The translations under genes were made by a program, and so were the position numbers. Of a stretch of DNA of 45,214 nucleotides, positions 36,638-45,165 are shown piece by piece. A model generated the notes under the pieces. The model was not told the DNA's origin. It worked only from the letters and a program-made list of their open reading frames with translations, and did no database searches. The number at the start of each line of letters is the position of its first letter. Within the stretch, counting starts at the first letter, position 1. Origin of the DNA: a virus (Duplodnaviria; Caudoviricetes); IMG/VR virus record IMGVR_UViG_3300025066_002035, positions 1 through 45,214 of that record; one strand, given 5' to 3'.

Positions 36638-37538
36638 GATTCCTTGTCGCCTCTTTAGTTCTTTCTTGGCGAAGCGCTTCGATAGATTGGATTTTTCGTT
36701 CTGGTATTTTATATACGTGGTCCCCAACTTGAACTTCTTGGACTATGATATCCACACTGATACCTTGCCCCTCTTTGTCAGAAGTCTGGTACTCCATCCA
36801 CCTTACTTTTGTGGGTGCGTTGTTCAGTCCGCGCATTTCCTCAAAATCCATCAGAGCTAAGCCTAGGCCCTGTGGGCGCTCAACCATAATATTCTGAATG
36901 TATCCCATTCCTTCGGCTCTATCGAGCGAACTGGGGGTTGGGCCATAATTCTTTTTACTTTCTTCTAGCTTATAGGTGTCTATCAGTTCGCGATATTCCG
37001 CATAAGGCTGATCTGTGTCTGCCCAAAATACTGTCTGCGGCCATATGGCCTTAAACAGATCTCCAAATCCGGTGTCCGAATTTATATCGTGAATACCGGC
37101 CACCTGGAAGCGCGGGTCGTCATAAAGTCGGTGACTGAGGACAACCGCGCCATCATTTTTTGGGCCATCGATAAACACACCAATTCTTTTAATCCGGGAA
37201 GGTAAGTTCTCTAATATAGTGGGCAATTTATTGAACACATCTCCTTTCATAAGCGTAACGTTTGCGTAAGGCGCCAGCCGCTTGGCAGCATACTCATAGC
37301 AATTATCGTAATGTGTAAAGGTGTCGAAACCTAGTATGGGAATCTCTGGGCACATTTGGGCGAACATTTCTGTCGATCCCCCATACGCGACGCCTGACTC
37401 AATGATTAGGTCAACCTCTTTATGCAGGAAGGCAGCTCCCATCGCAAATCCTTCACTGAACATCACGCCGCGGGGGGTGATATAGGTATCAGGGACATTT
37501 TTCTTAAACCGCTCCACATATAGGGAAAAGTCGATCAT
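36630..37538 (-). CDS. Class I SAM-dependent methyltransferase-like protein
   Basis: IIESGVAYGGST, GFD, KGD, FIDG, IHD (Methyltransf_24/CmcI-like order). Confidence 0.7.
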   Translation of the reverse strand: MIDFSLYVERFKKNVPDTYITPRGVMFSEGFAMGAAFLHKEVDLIIESGVAYGGSTEMFAQMCPEIPILGFDTFTHYDNCYEYAAKRLAPYANVTLMKGDVFNKLPTILENLPSRIKRIGVFIDGPKNDGAVVLSHRLYDDPRFQVAGIHDINSDTGFGDLFKAIWPQTVFWADTDQPYAEYRELIDTYKLEESKKNYGPTPSSLDRAEGMGYIQNIMVERPQGLGLALMDFEEMRGLNNAPTKVRWMEYQTSDKEGQGISVDIIVQEVQVGDHVYKIPERKIQSIEALRQERTKEATRNHE

Positions 37539-37540
37539 CT

Positions 37541-38824
37541 TTACAGTTCCGAAATTTTCTCAATCTTCTTCAGCCACTCAGCGACTTCCTCGTCGGGCTC
37601 TTCGTGAAGAAAAGAAACAAACTTCTCGTATAGAGTGTTCTCATCAAAATTGGCTAGAATCTCTTTCTTGAGATTGTCTGCTAGATTTCTGTGGTATTTC
37701 TGTTTTTCAGTTACGTCTCTGAGAGCACTCTTGTATGAGGCTTCCTTGGCGAACGCCCACATACTATCTTTCTCGATGACGCCCTTCCAGACAGCCGCGG
37801 CCTGCACGGGCGAAACATCATAGTTGACGCGCGCTACATGTGGAACAAGTTTGCCTTTCTTGTTTTTCTTGCAAATAAAGTCCATCTGACCACCCCAAGT
37901 AATAGTAACCAGCGGGAGACCATTGTAGGCCGCTTCGAATAGCGGAAGGCCGAAGCCTTCGCCGTGAGCTATGTTTACGAGGGCGAGCATCGTTGGGTGC
38001 TGGTACAGCCAAGTCAAGTTTCCTTCTGTCAGTTCGCCGTGCAACAAATAAATCTTACACTTGCGATCTTCGACTCCCCACGCTTTCGCTTCACTCAGAA
38101 GTCTCTTGAGTCGGTGCGAAGTAAATTCTCGATCCATAATCGAATCTGAGGCCATATTGGTTTTTAGGATCAAGCCTGCATCAGGATCGTCCTTAAACTC
38201 TTCGACAAACCAACGAATTGTGTTGTCTAGATTTTTGCGGGGGCCCCATTGGGATACTGCTAAGAAGTTTTTCGTGGTCTCAAATTCTATATCTAGAGGC
38301 TCGGGGTCTGTCTGTTTGACGGGATATCCCACAACGCCCACGGGCGCAGAGATCCCCCAGTTGGGAATTTGTTCACCAGTCTGCTGGTTTGTCACATTAT
38401 ATTTTGTGTTCTCAAAGACGTTCTTAGAATGTTCAGAGATAGTAATAATCTTATCTACAGTAGCATTTGATTTCTCGATCCACTTAGCGGACACTTTGGA
38501 ACATTCAATTCCTGCTGTGTATCCTATGTTGATTGGAGCGATCTTCTCAAACTCTAATGGAATCGTAACCTGCAGAGATAGGTCGAATTGAGGGGATCCC
38601 TGGGCTGTCTGAGCATACGCGGATGTCTTGGCCATTGTTTCTTGGATCCATTGTGTCTCTTCGCCAGTATCCGTAATATGGCCGGTTCGGCCCCAAGGAA
38701 TGTTTATAATAAATATCTCAAAAACATCGCTTCGTGAGCGTAGGGCCCGGAGAGCAAATCGTGTCTGCTCGCCATAGCCGGAGCGAGACATCGCGGGGCC
38801 TTTGACTAAAATCTTCTTTAACAT
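37541..38824 (-). CDS. GT4 family glycosyltransferase
   Basis: SGYG, PRKN, HGEGFGLPLFEAA. Confidence 0.9.
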   Translation of the reverse strand: MLKKILVKGPAMSRSGYGEQTRFALRALRSRSDVFEIFIINIPWGRTGHITDTGEETQWIQETMAKTSAYAQTAQGSPQFDLSLQVTIPLEFEKIAPINIGYTAGIECSKVSAKWIEKSNATVDKIITISEHSKNVFENTKYNVTNQQTGEQIPNWGISAPVGVVGYPVKQTDPEPLDIEFETTKNFLAVSQWGPRKNLDNTIRWFVEEFKDDPDAGLILKTNMASDSIMDREFTSHRLKRLLSEAKAWGVEDRKCKIYLLHGELTEGNLTWLYQHPTMLALVNIAHGEGFGLPLFEAAYNGLPLVTITWGGQMDFICKKNKKGKLVPHVARVNYDVSPVQAAAVWKGVIEKDSMWAFAKEASYKSALRDVTEKQKYHRNLADNLKKEILANFDENTLYEKFVSFLHEEPDEEVAEWLKKIEKISEL

Positions 38825-40074
38825 TAAAAAGTCCTCATTTCATAAGAAGAGTAACCAGTTCGAGTCTCCCAAGACCCCTTCTCGTCGACGATCTTCTCAA
38901 ATAGTTTATCCCAAGAATCAATGAACTGATCAAATCCAAAGTTTGTCGTTGCCCAGGTTCTACAGGCTGTACTCAGTTCTGCTCTGTCTTCTGGATTCAT
39001 TTCATACATCTTCACCATTGCATCAAGAAAATCCTCTTTGGAAATTCTGTCTTCGTAGATGAATGGAACATCCTGGGATCCAATTATAGCCTTCGACGCG
39101 GGCTCAATGCCGACTCCGAAGAATCTCTCGCCATCTGTTACTTGATCTTGCAGGCCACCAGTCATTGTGGCCACAATCGGTGTACCACAAGACAATGATT
39201 CTAGTGCTGAGAGCCCAAAGCCTTCGGCGTCTGATATGTTGATTGTAAGGTCCGCCATATTATACATGGCAGCGAGATCCTCTTGGGAAACTTTCTGTTG
39301 AGAGAATAATACCTCTCCATTGGTTAGTCCCAATTCGTTTATTATTGCTTCAAGGTCTTGACCGTGGCCGTCTTTAATGTCGGTGTGCATTATGAGAACT
39401 GCCTTGTCGTGACCCACCTTGTCCAAGAAATCTTTAAACCACCAAATTAGGGTGCCAGACTGCTTGCGACGGGCATTTCTGCTGTTCCAAAAACAAACGT
39501 ATTTATCATCTAGATTTTTTTCAATCCGGAAAGCCTTGATTGTGTCTGCCGGGAGAGGCGCAAAAACATCCTCCTTTACAGCGTGAGGAATATAAGAGCT
39601 ATCTACCTCTGGTGTTATTGTCTGCACAATATCGTGAGTTAGCTTTGAAATACAAGCCACGTGATCGTTCGATAGATAGAAATTTCGATTGTAGGTGGGA
39701 TACGGGTAGTTATCCCACACATGATAATAAACCATCGGGACTGAGGCCCGGATCTCATTCTCAATCTGCCACAACCAGCTGTAGAAGCGAGGATCAGTCA
39801 TAAACCATACAATATCTGGTTTTTGCTGCTGAACCATTGCGCGCACCATATCTTGGGTACCGTATCCGTCGACTGGCCAAATGATCCAATCGTGCCCCCA
39901 CTCTTCCGTGTGTTGCGGGTCATGCTTCTGGTGTTTAACAGCGCCACCAAAAGAAACAAACTGGTACTTCCCAGTCTTTAACATTCCTTCGATGATATAC
40001 TTAGTTTGAGTCCCAACTCCCGAAGGCGAGAGTGGGTGATCACTGATCGTGAAAATCTTTATTTTATCCGACAT
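38824..40074 (-). CDS. GT4 family glycosyltransferase
   Basis: SGVG, RNARRKQ, YNMAD, AEGFGLSALESLSCGTP. Confidence 0.92.
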   Translation of the reverse strand: MSDKIKIFTISDHPLSPSGVGTQTKYIIEGMLKTGKYQFVSFGGAVKHQKHDPQHTEEWGHDWIIWPVDGYGTQDMVRAMVQQQKPDIVWFMTDPRFYSWLWQIENEIRASVPMVYYHVWDNYPYPTYNRNFYLSNDHVACISKLTHDIVQTITPEVDSSYIPHAVKEDVFAPLPADTIKAFRIEKNLDDKYVCFWNSRNARRKQSGTLIWWFKDFLDKVGHDKAVLIMHTDIKDGHGQDLEAIINELGLTNGEVLFSQQKVSQEDLAAMYNMADLTINISDAEGFGLSALESLSCGTPIVATMTGGLQDQVTDGERFFGVGIEPASKAIIGSQDVPFIYEDRISKEDFLDAMVKMYEMNPEDRAELSTACRTWATTNFGFDQFIDSWDKLFEKIVDEKGSWETRTGYSSYEMRTF

Positions 40075-40083
40075 ATTGTGTCC

Positions 40084-40869
40084 TTAGGTGCAATGTTTGG
40101 TTTTGTATAATTTGCAACGGAAGGGCTTCGTGCAGCTCAACCGGTTCTTTATGCTAACCTTTTTAGAGATATTATAGATCGCTTGGTATAAAAGTTTAAG
40201 TGCATTCTCAATTTTCTTTGGGCCACTGGTGACCCTAAATATTTCTACTCGGTCTTTTTTTGCAGTTCTCTTCAGTAATGCAAAGTGGGTTTCCACGCTT
40301 TCAGGTGGAATATTGTGCTTCTGGCAAAAGAAGTGCTTGTATAGGGTCAACTGATATGTGACCAGTCTCTCCGCCTTTTTACGGCTGTCCCACCCCCAAG
40401 AACACGTCTTCCAATCAAACAAGTGATAGGTATCTCCCACCTTCACAACTGCATCCACAAATCCCTTAAACTTTATATTAAAATCTTCAATTGGGACATA
40501 AAGCATTTCCTCAGAGGAAAATACTTCATACTCACCAAAATAATCTGATAGGGTCTCGTCGATCTCAGCTAGAATTGCGGGCCCTGCGACTCGCATATCC
40601 TTAATATTTGTTTCATTAACAGAAATATTCTTTTCTGCCAATTCGTCTAGGAGCTTGTTAAATCCAATTTGGAAAACTTCCTGTTCGTCGATGTCTTCCT
40701 TGAGAAGCTTCTTTTCACATACATCGTGAATTGCTGATCCAAAGGCGGTATATTCGTTCCCCTCGAAGGGGGCTACTTTTTCAATCCACGACTTTTTATG
40801 GTAATGAGGGCACATTGACCAATCTTTAAGTTCGGAAAATGAAATGTGTTCTTTTCTAGGTGTTGTCAT
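40084..40869 (-). CDS. PD-(D/E)XK nuclease, Cas4/AddB-like
   Basis: SFSEL...CP, GSAIH, GFVD, DWKT and QLTLY motifs, plus three C-terminal cysteines. Confidence 0.88.
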   Translation of the reverse strand: MTTPRKEHISFSELKDWSMCPHYHKKSWIEKVAPFEGNEYTAFGSAIHDVCEKKLLKEDIDEQEVFQIGFNKLLDELAEKNISVNETNIKDMRVAGPAILAEIDETLSDYFGEYEVFSSEEMLYVPIEDFNIKFKGFVDAVVKVGDTYHLFDWKTCSWGWDSRKKAERLVTYQLTLYKHFFCQKHNIPPESVETHFALLKRTAKKDRVEIFRVTSGPKKIENALKLLYQAIYNISKKVSIKNRLSCTKPFRCKLYKTKHCT

Positions 40870-41473
40870 TTAAAATTTCTACTATCTTCTCATAGAGTAC
40901 AGGACTTATTATACGCACTCTGCCAGGATTGTCAAGGTAATATTTCTCAAATCCGTTTGCATAGTACTCTTGTATGGATGTGGCGGCATATGGAGACGCA
41001 AACAATCCCATCGTCAAACTTAGCAGTGTTGGATATCCAACCTCGTCAGCCAAGAAGTGATCAAACTTTTCAGTATACTCGGTAAAATCAAACAGCCTCT
41101 CTGAAACATCATATCCCTTTGCTTTAAGAATCTGATACAAGGTGGCGCGTTTCCCTTTGAACTCCTGAATGAGGTCGTCAGTATAAATATAACTGCCATA
41201 GGTCACTTCAAGAGAGTGAGCAAGTTCGTGAACAAAGTTCTCCAACATATCAAAAGTTGTTGGTTCTGTGCTACTCATATATATGGCACCATTAGAATAC
41301 AGAGCATTCCTCCCATTTAGTTCCGGAATTTCCCCAACATACACGACGTCTAAATTGCTACACAATTCCTGCGGGATTCTTTCTTCGACTTCGGTGCAAA
41401 ACTGCGGGATATCTACTACGGGTGGCGTGTTCCCTATCAAAAATAGGGGTATATTATAAATGTAGTATTCCAT
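40856..41473 (-). CDS. Zincin-like metallopeptidase (ATLF-like motif arrangement)
   Basis: HELAH followed by YAATSIQEYYANGF. Confidence 0.65.
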   Translation of the reverse strand: MEYYIYNIPLFLIGNTPPVVDIPQFCTEVEERIPQELCSNLDVVYVGEIPELNGRNALYSNGAIYMSSTEPTTFDMLENFVHELAHSLEVTYGSYIYTDDLIQEFKGKRATLYQILKAKGYDVSERLFDFTEYTEKFDHFLADEVGYPTLLSLTMGLFASPYAATSIQEYYANGFEKYYLDNPGRVRIISPVLYEKIVEILNDNT

Positions 41474-41730
41474 TATCCCGGTCTATCAGTAGAGTTTCCC
41501 GGGGCGTTCTCGACATCCGTCAATGCCTGCTCATAGCCCCGAAGAAAGTTCTCTTCGGCGATTGCCATTAGAAATTCGGGGAATTCCGCGGCAAAGACCT
41601 GTACGGCCATATCGACAGTAACGATTTCATCTTCTGCTTGTAGGCAGTTGCCGATGTAATCAACCACCAATTCCTTTAGACCCGTCTGGGCTTCTACAGG
41701 GTTTTGTAGATCTTCATTCTCAGTTTCCAT
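41473..41730 (-). CDS. Hypothetical acidic protein
   Basis: ATG 41730 (METENE); fills the gap between PhoH and the zincin. Confidence 0.75.
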   Translation of the reverse strand: METENEDLQNPVEAQTGLKELVVDYIGNCLQAEDEIVTVDMAVQVFAAEFPEFLMAIAEENFLRGYEQALTDVENAPGNSTDRPG

Positions 41731-41743
41731 TTTTCTTTTCTTT

Positions 41744-43063
41744 CTATAGATATTCAGCGGCATACGAGGCGACGCGGGAGCGCTCACCCTTATTGAGAGT
41801 TACGTGCGCAGCCAGCTCGAAGTTCTTAAACTTTTCAACAGCATGCGTAAGACCGTTTGTGGTCGAGTTGACATAGATATTATCAATTTGTTCTACATCT
41901 CCGATTAACACGATCTTCGTTCCTTCGCCTATTCTCGTAATAATTGTCTTAATCTCGTGCATACTCAAGTTTTGGCATTCGTCAATAATGATAAATGCGT
42001 TTGCTATTGAGCGTCCACGAATATAAGTCAATGCTTCTATCTCTATTGTACCAGCTTCTAGGTACATGTCAAGGGTAACTTTGTCATTTCCCATTAAAAA
42101 CTGTAAGTTGTCCTGGATGGGCATTAACCAGGGGCTCATCTTCTCGTTGATCTCGCCGGGGAGAAAGCCAATCTCTTTGCCGAGGGGCTGGACTGGCCGA
42201 GAAACGATGATCCTGGAGTATTCTGCTTTGTTTTTATCTAGCGTCTGTTCAAGGGCCGCGGCGAGCGCAACGACTGTCTTACCTGAACCGGCTTTTCCAA
42301 TCGCTGTGATAATCTCAATCTGAGGATTCATTAGAGCATCTAGCAAAAAGCACTGCTCTTTGTTTCTTGGCTTGATTCCCCAAATTCCCTTCTTCGGGGT
42401 GCGCAGATGTCGGAGAGGTGTTACTGCGTTTACGAATCTACCAAGGGCCGTCTTTTTCTCGTTTGCGTTCGAGACCAACATTACATACTGGTTTAGGATA
42501 AGGTCAGCATTTTCTAAATATACTTCTTTTTTCTCATAGAATCGATCTACGATCTGATCATCTACCAAAACAGCTGAGTATCCCGAATAGATATTATCAC
42601 TATTGTCGACAACTTGGTTATTCTGAAAGTCTTCCGATAGGAGCCCAATCGCGTCGGCGATGACTCTCATATTAACATCACGCGAAACGAGGATCACTTT
42701 TTTGTCGGATTCGTTTTGTAATTTGAATGCGGTAGCTATAATCAGGTGATCCGGAATCTTAATATCCAGATCGTTAGGAAGGTCGCTCGGGGATATATCG
42801 CCGGCGGACATTGATCTTATCATCCCCAAGCCTTTGCCAATACGCACACCTTTATGAATTGAGCCCTTTTGTCTTAGATCATCCCATAAACGAATAATCT
42901 TGCGGGCTTGGGCACCGACAGCATCTTGACGCTTTTTGTGTTTGTCGACTTCCTCAAAAACTTTTAATGGAACTAAAATGTCGTGGTTTTTAAAAGCGTA
43001 AATGCAATCAGCATTCGTCAGATATACACTGGTATCTAAAACATATAATTTTTTACGACTCAT
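41744..43063 (-). CDS. phoH: PIN-domain PhoH-family ATPase (PhoH2-like)
   Basis: PIN motifs YVLDTSV, EEVD and SRDVNMR; Walker A GKAGSGKT; IGFLPG, YIRGRS, IIDECQN, GDVEQID. Confidence 0.95.
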   Translation of the reverse strand: MSRKKLYVLDTSVYLTNADCIYAFKNHDILVPLKVFEEVDKHKKRQDAVGAQARKIIRLWDDLRQKGSIHKGVRIGKGLGMIRSMSAGDISPSDLPNDLDIKIPDHLIIATAFKLQNESDKKVILVSRDVNMRVIADAIGLLSEDFQNNQVVDNSDNIYSGYSAVLVDDQIVDRFYEKKEVYLENADLILNQYVMLVSNANEKKTALGRFVNAVTPLRHLRTPKKGIWGIKPRNKEQCFLLDALMNPQIEIITAIGKAGSGKTVVALAAALEQTLDKNKAEYSRIIVSRPVQPLGKEIGFLPGEINEKMSPWLMPIQDNLQFLMGNDKVTLDMYLEAGTIEIEALTYIRGRSIANAFIIIDECQNLSMHEIKTIITRIGEGTKIVLIGDVEQIDNIYVNSTTNGLTHAVEKFKNFELAAHVTLNKGERSRVASYAAEYL

Positions 43064-43112
43064 CGGACACTCTTTCTGTTATTATAATTAGAAGTGAAGA
43101 AGTTTATTCTCC

Positions 43113-43604
43113 TCACTTAGGCTTTTTGGAAGTTAGGACCTCAACATAAGTTGGTTCCGGAAGATCTGGATCATTACAGTCAGTGCGCGTCACCATTCCT
43201 GACGCCTCAACAAGGTCTGATGAACTTTGAATCTTGCCGCCGCCGACGTTCCACAGCAATTTTACCCCAAGTTCTTTACAGACGTCCATTTCTGGCGTGT
43301 TTTCTGTCTTGCGGTCTCCTCCGTTGGCGAAGTAGGTTGGCTTTAGGCGCCTGATTGCCTCACAAACTGTCCCATCAGTGTCGTCGACGCGTTCGACACT
43401 TGTGACACCGCGGACTGCTGCCAACAATTCGGCGCGTTCTTCCCACGGCATAAATATATAACCCTTCTTGCGCATAAGCCAGTCATCGCTATTGGCGACG
43501 ACGATAACATTGCCGACTGTGGCTGCCTCGAGGATCATACGAATATGGCCTATGTGTGCGGGATCAAACCCGCCAGAAACTAATACCGTTATTTCTTCGC
43601 TCAT
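43113..43604 (-). CDS. Cytidylyltransferase-family nucleotidyltransferase (TagD / RfaE domain II-like)
   Basis: SGGFDPAHIGH, NSDDWL..KKG, ERAE, FANGGDR, QSSS. Confidence 0.88.
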   Translation of the reverse strand: MSEEITVLVSGGFDPAHIGHIRMILEAATVGNVIVVANSDDWLMRKKGYIFMPWEERAELLAAVRGVTSVERVDDTDGTVCEAIRRLKPTYFANGGDRKTENTPEMDVCKELGVKLLWNVGGGKIQSSSDLVEASGMVTRTDCNDPDLPEPTYVEVLTSKKPK

Positions 43605-43655
43605 ACTCTTATCTCCCTCAATCTTTGTTGGCTGCGGCGTACCGCATCAACACTA

Positions 43656-43684
43656 AGTATACAGGATATTTTGAAAATGTACAA
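43656..43684 (-). promoter_or_regulatory. Putative sigma70-type promoter for the cytidylyltransferase gene
   Basis: TTGTAC-N17-TATACT on the minus strand in intergenic DNA. Confidence 0.55.
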
Positions 43685-43702
43685 CAAATATGTCGCCATA
43701 TT

Positions 43703-43777
43703 TGGAGCGGGTGATGAGATTTGAACTCACGACCTCCGCGTTGGCAACGCGATGCTCTACCGCTGAGCTACACCCGC
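43703..43777 (-). tRNA. tRNA-Gly(GCC)
   Basis: GCGGGTG acceptor stem, TAGCTCAGCGGTAGAGC D-arm, TT-GCC-AA loop, GTTCAAATC T-loop, encoded CCA. Confidence 0.97.
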
Positions 43778-43782
43778 ATTTT

Positions 43783-43858
43783 TGGTGCCGGCACCATGAA
43801 TCGAACACGGGACATCTTCATTACAAGTGAAGTGCTCTACCAACTGAGCTATACCGGC
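43783..43858 (-). tRNA. tRNA-Thr(TGT)
   Basis: GCCGGTA acceptor stem, CTTCA-CT-TGT-AA-TGAAG anticodon arm, GTTCGATTC T-loop, encoded CCA. Confidence 0.97.
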
Positions 43859-44064
43859 GTTGTTTTTATCCACAATATTTTATATGGCAAGAAGTTCTCT
43901 GGTGAGGTGACCCGGACGGCCTTATAGCGATCGTACTTAAGCCACGGCATACTCTCAGCCTCGATTGTCATATCTAGTACTAATTCGCTTTGAAGGTTCG
44001 GATAATAGAAGTTATACTCTCCTGTTATCGACCCATAACATACGGTGCCTTTGGAAATTATCAT
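43849..44064 (-). CDS. Small hypothetical protein (probably leaderless)
   Basis: 71 aa; ATG lies 6 nt downstream of a -10 box; stop codon is inside the tRNA-Thr gene. Confidence 0.6.
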   Translation of the reverse strand: MIISKGTVCYGSITGEYNFYYPNLQSELVLDMTIEAESMPWLKYDRYKAVRVTSPENFLPYKILWIKTTPV

Positions 44065-44070
44065 ATTACT

Positions 44071-44099
44071 ATTCTATATCTTATTTCTTAGAATGTCAA
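44071..44099 (-). promoter_or_regulatory. Near-consensus sigma70 promoter upstream of the small ORF and tRNAs
   Basis: TTGACA (44094-44099)-N17-TAGAAT (44071-44076). Confidence 0.8.
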
Positions 44100-44416
44100 G
44101 AACTATTTCTTTTATCCAATGCTTTCTGCTTTTCTTTATCGCTTAGTTCCCGGGCGATCTCTTGTTTCGCGATCTGCTGGGCCTGAGTATATCGGACAAT
44201 TACATACAGTCCATTCCAGGATCCTGATATTTTTCTTCTTACCAGATGGGCTTCGCTCTTATTGGCGGCATCAATATATAAGGTTTTCCCTAAGGTGCCG
44301 CGTTTTATCTCATAAGTATAGAGAGCGCCAAACTCTATGGCGACCTTAAGGATCAGTTCCTGGTCGCTAAAAACTGTCATATTAATTCTTCTTTCTACGT
44401 GTTTTTTTCTTTCCAT
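44096..44416 (-). CDS. Hypothetical protein
   Basis: 106-aa ORF collinear with neighbours; start uncertain. Confidence 0.65.
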   Translation of the reverse strand: MERKKHVERRINMTVFSDQELILKVAIEFGALYTYEIKRGTLGKTLYIDAANKSEAHLVRRKISGSWNGLYVIVRYTQAQQIAKQEIARELSDKEKQKALDKRNSS

Positions 44417-44625
44417 AATATCATGTTGTCGAGTTGCCAGAAGACTATTCTGCCAGATTCTACTATTTGTATTTTACAGACTGTTATAGCTTTATTAAGT
44501 ACTAAGCCAACAAATCTTCTGGGGATAGAGGAATGCAAGAAGCTTGTAGGGTTTAGGCAGACCACCAGATCACCTACTGATGGTTGTTTTTCAGTCCGTT
44601 GGTGTCCCAACCGCCCATTTCCCAT
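44395..44625 (-). CDS. Small hypothetical protein (SH3/KOW-like pattern)
   Basis: VGDLV...GLVL...IQ...G.I pattern; start uncertain. Confidence 0.55.
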   Translation of the reverse strand: MGNGRLGHQRTEKQPSVGDLVVCLNPTSFLHSSIPRRFVGLVLNKAITVCKIQIVESGRIVFWQLDNMILWKEKNT

Positions 44626-45158
44626 TTTTGATTCATTAAATGATCGATTTTGTTAAAGTGAAGAAATCCGAGCGCGTGACCTAGTTCGTGCTCTAGAACA
44701 GTTTCTCTAATATCTGGACGCATATATATGACTGCCCAATCTATCTTATTTGTGAGGTTGTCGACAAAAAAATGAGTTTGAGCAAGTGCAGTATTTTCCA
44801 GCTTCACTCCCTTGGTTACAATGTGTACTAAAATATATCCTAATGGCTTTTCTTTTGTACACATATCTTGTGAGCTTCTTTTATACGTTGTGCTCTTGAA
44901 TTTATGACCCAATCTCTCCCAAAACTTTACGGCACTATTGACTTGTATTTCACTCACAGGGGCGTGAGCACAGATTACGAGCCTAGGAGGGTGCTTCCAC
45001 GTAGCTACCTGAGGTGGTGCGTCTTGAATTGTAGGCACTCTGCGGTAATTTGCCACTAGGGTATCCGCCTGGGCCGGCGAGGATATTTTCGGGATTGCCC
45101 AAGACAGGAGCAAAACATAAACCACTACAGATAAGAGGGCTTTAGCATATATATTCAT
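44574..45158 (-). CDS. Matrixin-like (metzincin) metalloprotease with N-terminal signal/TM segment
   Basis: HELGHALGFLH zinc motif followed by Met-turn HLMN; hydrophobic N-terminus. Confidence 0.85.
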   Translation of the reverse strand: MNIYAKALLSVVVYVLLLSWAIPKISSPAQADTLVANYRRVPTIQDAPPQVATWKHPPRLVICAHAPVSEIQVNSAVKFWERLGHKFKSTTYKRSSQDMCTKEKPLGYILVHIVTKGVKLENTALAQTHFFVDNLTNKIDWAVIYMRPDIRETVLEHELGHALGFLHFNKIDHLMNQKWEMGGWDTNGLKNNHQ

Positions 45159-45165
45159 ATACTAT

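Noticed and set aside
40084-40869. Cas4-like gene as evidence for a CRISPR-Cas locus
   Set aside because: No repeat-spacer array or other cas genes were seen; stand-alone Cas4-like nucleases are common in phages.
688-44656. Numerous plus-strand and nested short ORFs in the track (e.g. 16718-17392, 38061-38591, 43721-43927)
   Set aside because: They are antisense or out-of-frame shadows of long motif-bearing minus-strand genes or tRNAs, with no recognisable motifs.
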